Shown one piece after another: positions 53,015 to 62,987 of a stretch of DNA of 64,000 nucleotides (positions are counted from its first letter, which is position 1; each line of letters begins with the position of its first letter). Position numbers and translations under genes: made by a program. The DNA comes from Thalassobaculaceae bacterium (GTDB taxonomy: Bacteria; Pseudomonadota; Alphaproteobacteria; Thalassobaculales; Thalassobaculaceae). A model generated the notes under the pieces. That model was not told where the DNA came from, did not search any database, and saw nothing but the letters and a program-made list of their open reading frames with translations. The stretch is taken from positions 3,268,616 through 3,332,615 of the forward strand of contig OZ245843.1 in the NCBI GenBank assembly GCA_965228875.1. Reading direction: 5' to 3'.

Positions 53015-54085
53015 ATGAACGACCCCGCCCCCATCGCCGCCCCGGATGGCGCCGTCCTGCGCGTCCACGCCGGGCGTGCCGCCGCACCGATCGTCGTCGA
53101 GGTCACCCGCGGCACCATGGTCGAGAGCGTGCACAGAGTCGTCGCCGCGGTCACCGATGCCGACGGCAAGCCGGTCCTGGCCTGGGGCGACATCGACCGC
53201 TTGGTCTACGGCCGCTCGGCCATCAAGCCCATCCAGGCCCTGCCGGTGCTGGAAAGCGGTGCCGCGGACGCCTTCGGTCTCGGCGAGGACGAGGTGACGC
53301 TCTGCTGCGCCAGCCATTCCGGCGAACCGATGCATGTGGAGCGGGTCACCGCCTGGCTCGGCCGGATCGGCCTCTCGGCCGACGACCTGGAATGCGGACC
53401 CCAGTTGCCGATCCACGAACCGTCGGCCCACGCCATGATCCGCGCCGGCCAGACGCCGACCCGCGCCCACAACAACTGCTCGGGCAAGCATTCCGGCATG
53501 CTGACCACGGCCGTCCATCTCGGCGAGCCGACCAAGGGCTACATCCGCGAGGAACACCCGGTGCAGCGGCGCCTGCGCGCCACCATGGAGGAGATGAGCG
53601 GCTGCGATCTGGCCGGCGTGCCGACCGGCTACGACGGCTGCGGCATTCCGGTCTACGGCGTGCCGCTGCGGGGCATGGCGACGGCGATGGCGCAGTTCGC
53701 CGATCCGTCGCTCCTCACCCCGACGCGGGCCGAGGCCGCCCGCCGCATCGTCGCCGCCTGCGCCAGACACCCGCTGCTCATCGGCGGGACCGGCCGGTTC
53801 AACAGCGCCCTTCTGGCGGAAACCGGCGAGACCTGTCTGCTCAAGAGCGGCGCGGAAGGCGTGTTCGCCGGGGCGGCGCCGGGCCGCGGCGTGGGCATCT
53901 GCCTGAAGGCCGACGACGGCAACGGCCGCGCCGCCAGCGCGGCCATGGGCGCGATCCTGCGCCACCTCGGCGTGATCGACGACGCCATGGCGGCGCGCCT
54001 TTCCGACACCCTGGTGCCATCGGTCCGAAACTGGGAAGGCCGCCTGGTCGGCCAGATCCGCCCGGCGCCGGACCTGACGTTCTGA
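53015..54085 (+). CDS. L-asparaginase II (Rhizobium AnsA type)
   Basis: RSAIKPIQA, SHSGE, NNCSGKHSGM, DGCG, KSGAEG. Confidence 0.92.
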   Translation: MNDPAPIAAPDGAVLRVHAGRAAAPIVVEVTRGTMVESVHRVVAAVTDADGKPVLAWGDIDRLVYGRSAIKPIQALPVLESGAADAFGLGEDEVTLCCASHSGEPMHVERVTAWLGRIGLSADDLECGPQLPIHEPSAHAMIRAGQTPTRAHNNCSGKHSGMLTTAVHLGEPTKGYIREEHPVQRRLRATMEEMSGCDLAGVPTGYDGCGIPVYGVPLRGMATAMAQFADPSLLTPTRAEAARRIVAACARHPLLIGGTGRFNSALLAETGETCLLKSGAEGVFAGAAPGRGVGICLKADDGNGRAASAAMGAILRHLGVIDDAMAARLSDTLVPSVRNWEGRLVGQIRPAPDLTF

Positions 54086-54093
54086 GCCGGCGG

Positions 54094-55329
54094 GTGAGCG
54101 CCACCGACGGGATGGTCCGGGCCCAGTACGAGGCCTATCCCTATCCGGCGCGCGATCCGCGCGACGAGGCCACACGCCTGATCACCGGGTCGCCGAGCCA
54201 CTTGGACGAGATCCGCCACCATGTCTTCGCCGGTCGCCTGGACCTGACCCGGCCGTTCCGCGCCCTGGTCGCCGGCGGCGGTACCGGGGACGCGGCGATC
54301 ATGCTGGCACAGCAGCTTGCCGATGCCGGTGCCACGGATGCCGAAGTCACCCACCTGGACATCTCCTCGGCATCGCGGGCGATCGCCATGAAACGGGCCG
54401 AGGCGCGGGGCCTGACCAACCTGCGCTTCGCCGACGGGCCGATCGAGCGGGTCGCCGAGGTCGCCGCCGGCCCCTACGACTACATCGACTGCTGCGGCGT
54501 GCTGCACCATCTGGACAGCCCCGAAGCCGGACTGAAGGCGCTCGCGGGCGTGCTCAAGCCCGACGGCGGGATCGGCCTCATGGTGTACGGCACGCTGGGG
54601 CGCACCGGCGTGTATCCGGTCCAGGAGGCGCTGCGCCAGCTTGCCGGCGATGCCGGAGACGGGGAACGGGTGGCACTGGCGAAGCGCCTGATAGCCGGAC
54701 TGCCGAAGACCCATTGGCTGAAGCGCAATCCGTTCGTCGGCGATCACCTGACCGGCGGCGACGCCGGACTGTATGACCTGCTGCTGCATCCCCGCGACCG
54801 GGCCTACCGGGTGGTGGAGGTGGCGGCGCTGGTCGCCTCGGCGGAACTGGCGATCCGCGAGTGGATCGAGCCGGCGCGCTACGACCCGGACACCTACCTG
54901 GCGGATCCGGGCCTGCGCAAAGCGGCGGCCGGCCTCGGACCGCTGGACCGGGCGGCCCTGGCGGAGCGGCTGTCGGGCGCCATGGCCAAGCACATCGTCT
55001 ACGCCCTGCCCGCTGCCCACGCCGACCGGCCCGCTCCGGATCCCGGCAGTGACGGCGCCGTCCTGGTGCTGCGCGACCTCGACCCGGTCGCCGTGTCGAG
55101 GGGCCTGTCCGGCGGTGCGTTGAAGGCCGATCTCGGCGGCGCGCCCTGGCAGGCACCGCTGCCGGCGATCGCGCCCGCCATCGTTGCCCGGATCGACGGG
55201 TCGCGGACCGTCGCCGACATCCGCGATGCCCTGAAACCCGGCGACCCGGCGCGCTTCGCCGACCACGTCCGCGCCACCTTCGCCGCCTTCCACGCGATCA
55301 ACCGGATGCTGGTGCGGACTGTCCGCTGA
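54094..55329 (+). CDS. Class I SAM-dependent methyltransferase
   Basis: QYEAYPYP, LVAGGGTGD, DYIDCCGVLHHL, DLLLHPRDR. Confidence 0.88.
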   Translation: MSATDGMVRAQYEAYPYPARDPRDEATRLITGSPSHLDEIRHHVFAGRLDLTRPFRALVAGGGTGDAAIMLAQQLADAGATDAEVTHLDISSASRAIAMKRAEARGLTNLRFADGPIERVAEVAAGPYDYIDCCGVLHHLDSPEAGLKALAGVLKPDGGIGLMVYGTLGRTGVYPVQEALRQLAGDAGDGERVALAKRLIAGLPKTHWLKRNPFVGDHLTGGDAGLYDLLLHPRDRAYRVVEVAALVASAELAIREWIEPARYDPDTYLADPGLRKAAAGLGPLDRAALAERLSGAMAKHIVYALPAAHADRPAPDPGSDGAVLVLRDLDPVAVSRGLSGGALKADLGGAPWQAPLPAIAPAIVARIDGSRTVADIRDALKPGDPARFADHVRATFAAFHAINRMLVRTVR

Positions 55330-55354
55330 GGGCGGGGCCGGGCCGGCCGGCCGT

Positions 55355-55969
55355 CTACATCGCCTTGAACGCCTTCCTGTTGGCGTCCCAGGCGGTGGCG
55401 TATTCGAGGATGCGCGCCGTCTCCGCCGCCACCTCACCGCCGCAGGTGCGCTCGATCAGGTGCAGCGTCATGTCGATGCCGAGCGACACGCCGCCGCCCG
55501 TCAGCACCCTCCCCTCGTCGACCAGCCGGGCCTCGACCACATCGACCGTCGGATGCCGTTCGGCCAGCAGGTCGAGCGGCCGGGCTTCGCCGGCGACGAT
55601 CTCGCGCTTGGTGGTCGCCCGCCGGCCGTCGAGCAGGCCCGAGGCGCCGACGATCATCCCGCCGGTGCAGACCGCCGCCACGGTGCCTTCGTACGACCGG
55701 ATGTAGTCGAGGATTGCGGCATTCTCGCTGGCCTCGGTCCAGCCGGGTCCGCCGAGCACCATCAGGATATCGGCCGGCGGCGCATCGGCGAAGGAACGGT
55801 CGGCGATCAGCCTGAGGCCGTTGGCCATGACCACCTCGCCGTCGGTCGCGGACACCACGAAGAACGAGAGGTCCGGCGCGATCCGCTTCGCCATGGACAG
55901 CACGCCGTAGGTCGCGCCGATGTCGATCGGCTCGATCCCGTCATAGGCGAGGATGGCGAAGGCGGTCAT
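55355..55969 (-). CDS. DJ-1/PfpI family protein
   Basis: [28 protein letters not shown]. Confidence 0.88.
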   Translation of the reverse strand: MTAFAILAYDGIEPIDIGATYGVLSMAKRIAPDLSFFVVSATDGEVVMANGLRLIADRSFADAPPADILMVLGGPGWTEASENAAILDYIRSYEGTVAAVCTGGMIVGASGLLDGRRATTKREIVAGEARPLDLLAERHPTVDVVEARLVDEGRVLTGGGVSLGIDMTLHLIERTCGGEVAAETARILEYATAWDANRKAFKAM

Positions 55970-56595
55970 CAGTACAGCCCGCGCTCGGCCATGACCTTGC
56001 CCTGGCGCTCCGACTCTTCCGCTGTCAGCCCTTCCACATGGTCGATCAGCATCTGCGAGTAGGAGGCGAGCTGTTTGCGGTCTATGTGTTTTTCCGGGTT
56101 CCACAGATCGGAGCGCACCAGCGCCTTGGAGCAGTGGACGAAGGCCTCCTCGACCGAGATCAGCACGCCGATCTTCGGCGCCCGGTCGCGGATGGCGCAG
56201 GGCTCCAGAAGCCGGGCGTCGTCGGTGATCCGCGCCGTACCGTTGATCCGCAGGGTCTCGCCCATGCCCGGCACCAGGACCAGCATGGCGATGCGCGGGT
56301 TCGCGAGCAGGTTGGCGTAATTGTCGAGCCGGTTGTTGCCGACCCGGTCGGGCAGCAGGATGTGGGTGTCGTCGAGCACCCGCAGGAAGCCCGGCGGATC
56401 GCCGCGTGGAGACGCGTCGGCGCCGCCCGGCCCCTGGGTGGCGATCACGCAGAACGGCGCCAGGGCGAGAATGTCACGGCAGTGCTTGTCGAGCCGGCGG
56501 ATGACCTTGTCGCTGGAGCGACTCATCATCCTGTGGTGCATCGCCCGAAGCGCGGCCTCGTCGGTCACGAAGGAGATGTCGTCGGGGAGCGCCAT
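55969..56595 (-). CDS. PNPOx-like FMN-binding protein (MSMEG_1061 type)
   Basis: [40 protein letters not shown]. Confidence 0.9.
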   Translation of the reverse strand: MALPDDISFVTDEAALRAMHHRMMSRSSDKVIRRLDKHCRDILALAPFCVIATQGPGGADASPRGDPPGFLRVLDDTHILLPDRVGNNRLDNYANLLANPRIAMLVLVPGMGETLRINGTARITDDARLLEPCAIRDRAPKIGVLISVEEAFVHCSKALVRSDLWNPEKHIDRKQLASYSQMLIDHVEGLTAEESERQGKVMAERGLY

Positions 56596-58217
56596 GGCCG
56601 GTCCTTTGCATCTTCCAGGATCATCGCCGCGCCTTTCTCGGCGATCATGATGGTCGGCGCGTTGGTGTTGCCGCTGGTGATCTCCGGCATCACCGAGGCG
56701 TCGATCACCCGCAGCCCCGCCATGCCATGCACCCGCAGCCGGCTGTCGACCACCGAGCCCGGATCCTCGCCCATGCGACAGGTGCCGACCGGGTGATAGA
56801 TCGTGGTGCCATGCTTGCGGGCGAACTCGCGCACCCCGTCACGATCGACCGCGCCGCCATCGCCCGGCACCTTCTCGCCCAAGCTGACCTCGGCCAGGGA
56901 CGGCGCGGCGTAGATCGCCCTGGTCTGGCGGATGCCGGCCTCCAGCACGCGCACGTCGTCGTCATCCTCCAGGTAGTTCGGCCGGATCGCCGGCTTGGCG
57001 AAGGGATCGGACGAGGTCGCCAGGATCGTGCCGCGCGAGCGCGGGCGCACCGGGCAGACGGCGACGGCCATACCCGGATCCTTGTCGAGGAAGCCGACCT
57101 GATCGACGGAGTAGCTCGCCGGGGTGAACAGGAGCTGGATGTCCGGCGCCGCCAGCCCCTCGCGGCTGTGGCTGAAGACCTGGGCGCTGGTGATGCCGAA
57201 GGTCAGGGCCCCGTCGCCGGCGGTGGCGTAGCGCGCCATCTCCCGCAGCAGGCGCCAGCCCCGGGCGAGTTGGTTGATCGAGATTTCGTTGCGGATCCGA
57301 TGAGCGACACGGACCACGTAGTGGTCGTGCAGGTTGCGGCCGACCCCGGGCAGATCGTGGACGACCTCGACGCCGATGGATTTCAGGTGCTCGGGCGTGC
57401 CGATGCCGGAGATTTGCAGGAGGTGCGGCGAGTTCACAGCACCACCGCAGACGATCACCTCGCGCCGGGCGGAGATAGCGCGGTCGACGCCGCCCTGGCG
57501 GAACCGCACGCCGGTGCATCGCCTGCCGTCGAGAATCAGGCCGCTGGCCATCGCCTCGGTCTCGACCCGCAGGTTCTTGCGGTGCCGGGCGCCGGCCAGG
57601 TAGGTCTGGGCGGTCGACCCGCGGCGGCGGCCGATCCGCGTCATCTGCGAATAGCCGACCCCCTCCGGCCGGGCGCCGTTGAGATCGGGGCTGAACGGGT
57701 GTCCCGCCTCCTGGGCGGCCTTCACGAAACGGTGGGTCAGCGGCAGGACGGTGTCATAATCGCGAACCTGCAGCGGCCCGCCGCCGCCGCGATACTCGGG
57801 ATCGCCGCCATTGGCATAGGTCTCGGCGTCCCTGAAATAGGGCAGCACCTCCGAGAACGACCAACCGCGGCAGCCGCGCTGGGCCCAGCCGTCGAAATCG
57901 GCGGGCTGGCCGCGGACATAGAGCATGCCGTTGATCGAGGACGTGCCGCCCAGCACCTTGCCGCGCGGCCAGGCGATCGCCCGCCCGGCGGTCCCGGTTT
58001 CGCCTTCGCTGGCATATCCCCAGTTCACCCAGCCGTTGCGCATGATGTAGAGCACGCCGGCCGGGATGTGGATGAACGGGTTCCAGTCCTTCGGCCCTGC
58101 CTCGAGCAGGACGACGCTGGCTCCGCTCTCGCTCAGGCGCGCGGCGACGACACATCCGGCCGACCCGGCGCCGACGACGACGTAGTCCGCCGTCTGGCTG
58201 TCTGTTGTTTCCTCCAT
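56565..58217 (-). CDS. GMC family oxidoreductase
   Basis: [43 protein letters not shown]. Confidence 0.95.
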   Translation of the reverse strand: MEETTDSQTADYVVVGAGSAGCVVAARLSESGASVVLLEAGPKDWNPFIHIPAGVLYIMRNGWVNWGYASEGETGTAGRAIAWPRGKVLGGTSSINGMLYVRGQPADFDGWAQRGCRGWSFSEVLPYFRDAETYANGGDPEYRGGGGPLQVRDYDTVLPLTHRFVKAAQEAGHPFSPDLNGARPEGVGYSQMTRIGRRRGSTAQTYLAGARHRKNLRVETEAMASGLILDGRRCTGVRFRQGGVDRAISARREVIVCGGAVNSPHLLQISGIGTPEHLKSIGVEVVHDLPGVGRNLHDHYVVRVAHRIRNEISINQLARGWRLLREMARYATAGDGALTFGITSAQVFSHSREGLAAPDIQLLFTPASYSVDQVGFLDKDPGMAVAVCPVRPRSRGTILATSSDPFAKPAIRPNYLEDDDDVRVLEAGIRQTRAIYAAPSLAEVSLGEKVPGDGGAVDRDGVREFARKHGTTIYHPVGTCRMGEDPGSVVDSRLRVHGMAGLRVIDASVMPEITSGNTNAPTIMIAEKGAAMILEDAKDRPWRSPTTSPS

Positions 58218-58326
58218 TCCGGCATTCGAGCGCAGCCGGCGGAACCTGTGAAGAGGGAGAGTTCCGCCGCCGAGCCGACGCCCACACGTAGAGGGCAGAA
58301 AATCCGGCAACCTCGAGCCTGGGAGC

Positions 58327-59196
58327 CTAAAGAGCCACCGCCCGCATGATCCAGCTGCGGAACGCCTGGAAGCACGGATCGGCGGCGCGGTCCGGACGGA
58401 CGATCAGATACCAGCTGTGGCCCTTCGGCACGGTCTGCTTGAAGGGTGCCACCAACCGGCCGGCGGCGAGGTCGTCGTCGATATAAGGTCGGATGCCCAT
58501 CGCCACGCCGGCGCCATCGGCGGCCGCCTGCAGCGCGTGGCCGTAGTAAGCGAGGGTGAGGCCGCTGGCCGGCGGTGTCGCCATGCCCACCGCGGCCTGC
58601 CAGCGCGCCCAGTCACCGGCCGCATGCTCAACATGCAGGAGCCTGACACCGGACAGGTCGCGCGGATGCAGCAGGTTGCGGGCGAGTTGAGGCGCGCAGA
58701 CCGGGGTCAGTTCCGCCCGGATCAGTTCCTCCGCCCGAAGGTCGGGCCAGCGCCCGTCGCCGAGCGAGATGCCGCAGCTCCAGTCGGCGCCGAAGCCCGC
58801 CGTCGCCCCCCCGGTCGTCAGGCGAACCTCGACGTCGGGCGCAAGCCGGGAGAAATCCGCCAGGCGCGGGATCAGCCAGCGGATCGCGAAGGTCGGGCCG
58901 ACCCCGACGGTCAGCACCGCCGGTCGCGCCATGGCGGAGACCGCCTCCGTCGCCGCCGCGATCTGGTCCAGCGCCGGCGTCAGGCCGTCGCGGTACCGCC
59001 GACCCGCCGCGGTCAGGGCCAGACGGTTAGGCGTGCGCTCGAACAGCGCGATCCCGAGACGTTCCTCCAGGAGCCGGACCAGACGACTTACGGCCGCCGG
59101 GGTGACATTCAGTTCCTCAGCGGCCTTCGCGAAACTCTCGAACCGGGCGGCCGATTCAAAGGCCTTGACGCCATTCAGGGAAGGAAGGGGGCGCAA
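58327..59196 (-). CDS. LysR family regulator (GcvA-like)
   Basis: LPSLNGVKAFESAARFESFAKAAEELNVTPAAVS; WLIPRL; TTG start. Confidence 0.92.
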   Translation of the reverse strand: MRPLPSLNGVKAFESAARFESFAKAAEELNVTPAAVSRLVRLLEERLGIALFERTPNRLALTAAGRRYRDGLTPALDQIAAATEAVSAMARPAVLTVGVGPTFAIRWLIPRLADFSRLAPDVEVRLTTGGATAGFGADWSCGISLGDGRWPDLRAEELIRAELTPVCAPQLARNLLHPRDLSGVRLLHVEHAAGDWARWQAAVGMATPPASGLTLAYYGHALQAAADGAGVAMGIRPYIDDDLAAGRLVAPFKQTVPKGHSWYLIVRPDRAADPCFQAFRSWIMRAVAL

Positions 59197-59293
59197 TCGA
59201 GCCTCAGGAAATCTGTTGCTATCGCAAGATAACGCTGTTTGCGCTCACCCGGCAAGCGGCGCACACAGGCGGCGACACCAGAAGAGGCCCGCC

Positions 59294-60067
59294 ATGACCC
59301 CCGTCCTGATCGCCTTCGTCGCCGCCGTGATGGTCGCCACCTCGTTCCTGTCGGGCATCTTCGGCATGGCGGGCGGCATGGTGCTGGTCGGTGTCCTGCT
59401 GGCGATCCTGCCGGTGCCGACGGCGATGGCCCTGCACGCAATCACCCAGATGGCGTCGAACGGATGGCGGGCGTTGCTGTGGCGCCGGCATGTGCGCTGG
59501 CGCATCGTGGCTGCCTACATGATCGGCTGCGCCATCGCGGTCGCGGTGTGGGGGCTCTGGCTCTACGTGCCGAGCAAGGCGCTGGCGCTCCTCGGCCTCG
59601 GCGTTCTGCCCCTGGCGGTGCGTCTCGCCCCGACACGGCTGCACCTGCGGCCGGACCGTTTCGGCCACGGTATCGGCCAGGGCACGCTCTCGATGATGCT
59701 GATGCTGCTGACCGGCGTGGCCGGCCCGCAACTCGACCAGTTCTTTCTCGGCAAAAAGGAGGGCGGCCGGGAAGGCGCACTCGACCGGCGCGAGATCATC
59801 GCCACGAAGGGCATGTGTCAGTTGTTCGGCCACACGCTCAAGCTGCTGTACTTCGGCGTCCTGATCGACGAGGCCGCGACGGTCGACCCGACGCTGGCCG
59901 CGGTCGCCGTCACCGCATCGATGATCGGCACCGGACTGTCGAAAAGAGTGCTGGAGGCGTTGAGCGACGCCCAGTACCGACAGTGGGCCGACCGGATCAT
60001 CACCGGCATCTCGGTGTACTACATCGCCTATGGCGGCTACCTGCTGGCGGCGCCGATACACGCGTGA
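59294..60067 (+). CDS. TauE/SafE family permease
   Basis: TSFLSGIFGMAGG, HAITQMASNGWRA, multiple TM helices. Confidence 0.85.
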   Translation: MTPVLIAFVAAVMVATSFLSGIFGMAGGMVLVGVLLAILPVPTAMALHAITQMASNGWRALLWRRHVRWRIVAAYMIGCAIAVAVWGLWLYVPSKALALLGLGVLPLAVRLAPTRLHLRPDRFGHGIGQGTLSMMLMLLTGVAGPQLDQFFLGKKEGGREGALDRREIIATKGMCQLFGHTLKLLYFGVLIDEAATVDPTLAAVAVTASMIGTGLSKRVLEALSDAQYRQWADRIITGISVYYIAYGGYLLAAPIHA

Positions 60068-60160
60068 TCGGGTTTGCCTGTCGGCTTTCCTCGTCGGTGC
60101 TGGCGACATCCCGACATTCGTCCGGACGACCCGACCTCCCGGCGAGGCCGCCGCGCAAAC

Positions 60161-60190
60161 AAAAAACGGCCTGACACGCGGTCAGGCCGT
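60161..60190 (-). terminator. Intrinsic terminator
   Basis: ACGGCCTGAC-CGCGT-GTCAGGCCGT-TTTTT on the minus strand. Confidence 0.8.
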
Positions 60191-60290
60191 GAGTGTGCCT
60201 CGATCGTTCCGGTGCGGGGGGCGGGGGAACGTCGGGCAGGGAGCGGGACCGGAGCCTGGGTGGGGCCTCCGGTCCCGGGTCGGCACGCGA

Positions 60291-60530
60291 TCAGGCGGAC
60301 CAGAACGGCTTGGCGGCCTCGTAGGAGGCCTGATCGCCGGAAACGCCGATGTCGGCCAGCAGGCGACGGTCCATCTCGGCAAGCGACTCGCGGTCCTTGA
60401 TGCGGGTGCTCCACAGCGCCAGCGTTCCGAAAACGGCATCGAAGATCCGATCGGCGAACGAGGACTGGGCTCCGCGCGAAGCGGAGGCCCCGAACATCGG
60501 GCGAGCGGTCTGGGTCAGGGTCCGGCTCAT
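60291..60530 (-). CDS. DUF1127 family small protein
   Basis: WSTRIKDRESLAEMDRRLLADIGV...EAAKPFW; RBS AAGGAGG. Confidence 0.9.
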   Translation of the reverse strand: MSRTLTQTARPMFGASASRGAQSSFADRIFDAVFGTLALWSTRIKDRESLAEMDRRLLADIGVSGDQASYEAAKPFWSA

Positions 60531-60693
60531 GGGAACCTCCTTCACAAATAGTTAAAATTCCGGGTAACGATCGAGAGCGTCTCGCCCCCGTAACTCGTTG
60601 TCTGCGAGTGTATTTACGGATTGAGTTGAACGCTTACAAACGATAGTTTCTCATCAAATCTATTAGTATTTCTTATCCGTTAAGGGAGTGTTC

Positions 60694-61623
60694 ATGCGCC
60701 GTCTTCCGCCGCTGAACGCGCTTCGTGCCTTCGAGGCCGCGGCCCGTCACCTGAGCTTCACCAAGGCCGCCGGCGAGCTGAACGTCACCCAGGCGGCGAT
60801 CAGCCATCAGATCCGCGCGCTGGAAGATTGGCTCGGCATGCCGCTGTTCCGCCGCCAGAACCGCGCGCTGCTTCTGACCGACGCCGGACAGGCCTACCTG
60901 CCGGCCATGCGCGAGGCGTTCGACATCATGCATCAGGCGACCGCCAAGCTGCATCAGCGCGACCGCAGCGGGGCGTTGAACGTCTCGACCTTCACAAGCT
61001 TCGCGGCCAAGTGGCTGATGCCCAGGCTCGGCCGCTTCACCTCCGCCCACCCGGAAATCGAGATCCGGCTCGGCATCAACGACAGTCTGCTCGACTTCTC
61101 GACCGACGACGTCGACGTCGGCGTGCGCTACGGCCGCGGCGCCTGGAAAGGCGTGCATATCGATCTGCTCATGACCGAGGAGGTGTTCGTCGTCTGCAGC
61201 CCGAAGCTGCTGGAGGGCGATCACCCGCTGCGGGAACCGGCCGACCTGCGCTTCCACACCCTGCTCCACGACGACCTGCCGGAGGACTGGAGCACCTGGC
61301 TGGACGCCGCCGGGGTCGACCAGGCGGTGAAGGACCGCGCCCGCGGCGACCTTGTGTTCAATCACTCGGAAATGGTGCTGCAGGCGGCCGCGGACGGCCT
61401 CGGCGTGGCGCTCGGCCGCAGCGCGCTGGTGGCCGACGACCTCGCCGCCGGACGGCTGGTCAAGCCCTTCGACCTGCAGCTTCCGACCCAGTCGGCCTAC
61501 TACGTGGTGCATTCGGAGAATGCCGGCGACCGCCCGAAGATCAAGGCGTTCCGCGACTGGCTGCACGACGAGGTGGCGAGAAGTCGGGGACCGGCCGACG
61601 GCGACCGGGCCGAGACGGCTTGA
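60694..61623 (+). CDS. gcvA: GcvA-type LysR regulator
   Basis: MRRLPPLNALRAFEAAARHLSFTKAA.EL.VTQAAISHQI, KIKAFRDWL. Confidence 0.85.
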   Translation: MRRLPPLNALRAFEAAARHLSFTKAAGELNVTQAAISHQIRALEDWLGMPLFRRQNRALLLTDAGQAYLPAMREAFDIMHQATAKLHQRDRSGALNVSTFTSFAAKWLMPRLGRFTSAHPEIEIRLGINDSLLDFSTDDVDVGVRYGRGAWKGVHIDLLMTEEVFVVCSPKLLEGDHPLREPADLRFHTLLHDDLPEDWSTWLDAAGVDQAVKDRARGDLVFNHSEMVLQAAADGLGVALGRSALVADDLAAGRLVKPFDLQLPTQSAYYVVHSENAGDRPKIKAFRDWLHDEVARSRGPADGDRAETA

Positions 61624-61647
61624 GGCGTCGGCTCGGGGCCGGGCGCG

Positions 61648-61935
61648 CTACTCGCTCGCCGACAGCGACTGCGGTGGGGCGCCGAACACCTTCTCGAAGG
61701 CGGTGTTGAGCCGCTCGATATCGTCGCCGGTGAGCTTCACCCCGTCCTCGACGAAATCCTGGCCGTGCTGGAGGTTGCGTCTGCTGGCGTCGACATAGAC
61801 GTCCATCACCTCGCGGAACGCCTCGAACGCATGATTGCCGACGGTGCCGGACCTGACCTCGAAGACCGACACGATGGCGCCCATCCGACGCACCATGCCG
61901 TCGAGTTCCTTCATGCGCATCGCATCGATCGTCAC
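61648..61935 (-). CDS. Hypothetical protein
   Basis: GTG start after GGAG; GNHAFEAFREVMDVY; family not recognised. Confidence 0.6.
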   Translation of the reverse strand: MTIDAMRMKELDGMVRRMGAIVSVFEVRSGTVGNHAFEAFREVMDVYVDASRRNLQHGQDFVEDGVKLTGDDIERLNTAFEKVFGAPPQSLSASE

Positions 61936-62036
61936 AACGTCACTCCAATACTGTGGTCCCCGGACCGCGACGGTCCGAGCGTTCGGCGCGACTCCCCGCG
62001 CGTGATTTAGACGCAATCCACTCTAATTCAAAGCGT

Positions 62037-62972
62037 CTATCGCGGGGTGTCGGGGGTCGGCGCCGGATCCGACCTCTCCGCCCGCCAGACCTCCACCCGG
62101 TTGCGGCCGCTGTTCTTCGCGAGATAGAGCGCCCGGTCGGCGCGCTCCACCATCTCGGGGATCGGCCGCCGGGGGTTCAGCAGGGTGACGCCGAAGGACA
62201 CGGTCACCGAGACCTCGGAGCCGTCGTCGGCCGCGAAGACGTCCTTGGCGATGCGGGCGCGCACCCGGTCGAGCACCCGCCGCGCCTCCTCCGGTCCGGT
62301 CTCCGGCAGGCAGATCAGGAACTCCTCGCCGCCATAGCGGTAGACGCTGTCATAGGGCCGCAGGTTGTCGATCAGCGACGTCGATACGCCGGCCAGGACC
62401 TGGTCGCCGACGCCATGGCCATGGGTGTCGTTGATCGACTTGAAATGATCGATGTCGGCCAGGGCGACGCAGGCCGGCGTGCCGGAGCGCCGGGCCCGAA
62501 CCATCTCCCGCTTCAGGTCGCGTTGCATCACCTGGCGGGTCTGCGCCCCGGTCAGGGGGTCGATGTCGCTGATCGCCGCCTGGAACGCCTTCGCCAGCCG
62601 CTGCGCCTGGTCGCGGAAGGCGGACACCTTCTCGAGCAGGGCGTCGTATTCCTCGACCGGTACCTTGTCGGATTTCCAGGCTCGCTCGGCCAGCAGCGCG
62701 AGATGGTTCAGCAGCGCCTCGTGCAGGGCGACGAGGGTCTCGAACGCCGGCTGGTCCAGCGGCGGCGTCTCCCGCCGCTCCTCGTACCAGGAGCCGAACT
62801 CCGAATTGCCGTGCCCGCCGAGGCCGAGCAGATCGTCGTCCGGCCGAACCTTGGCGACCGCCGAACGGTGGAAGCGGACCAGCCGGTCGTCGATCTGCCG
62901 AAGCGCCTTCTCGATCGCCGTCACGATCGCCTCGTGGCGACTGCGGTGCGAGGCGGCGTCCGGGATCAGCAT
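62037..62972 (-). CDS. Diguanylate cyclase with CZB-like N-terminal domain (DgcZ-like)
   Basis: DPLTG, DIDHFKSINDTHGH, RPYD I-site, RYGGEEF; N-terminal EFGSWY. Confidence 0.9.
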   Translation of the reverse strand: MLIPDAASHRSRHEAIVTAIEKALRQIDDRLVRFHRSAVAKVRPDDDLLGLGGHGNSEFGSWYEERRETPPLDQPAFETLVALHEALLNHLALLAERAWKSDKVPVEEYDALLEKVSAFRDQAQRLAKAFQAAISDIDPLTGAQTRQVMQRDLKREMVRARRSGTPACVALADIDHFKSINDTHGHGVGDQVLAGVSTSLIDNLRPYDSVYRYGGEEFLICLPETGPEEARRVLDRVRARIAKDVFAADDGSEVSVTVSFGVTLLNPRRPIPEMVERADRALYLAKNSGRNRVEVWRAERSDPAPTPDTPR

Positions 62973-62987
62973 GGCGCGGCGCCGCCC

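Noticed and set aside
56565..56595. 31-bp overlap between the GMC and PNPOx-like genes
   Set aside because: Ordinary operon overlap; both proteins appear intact.
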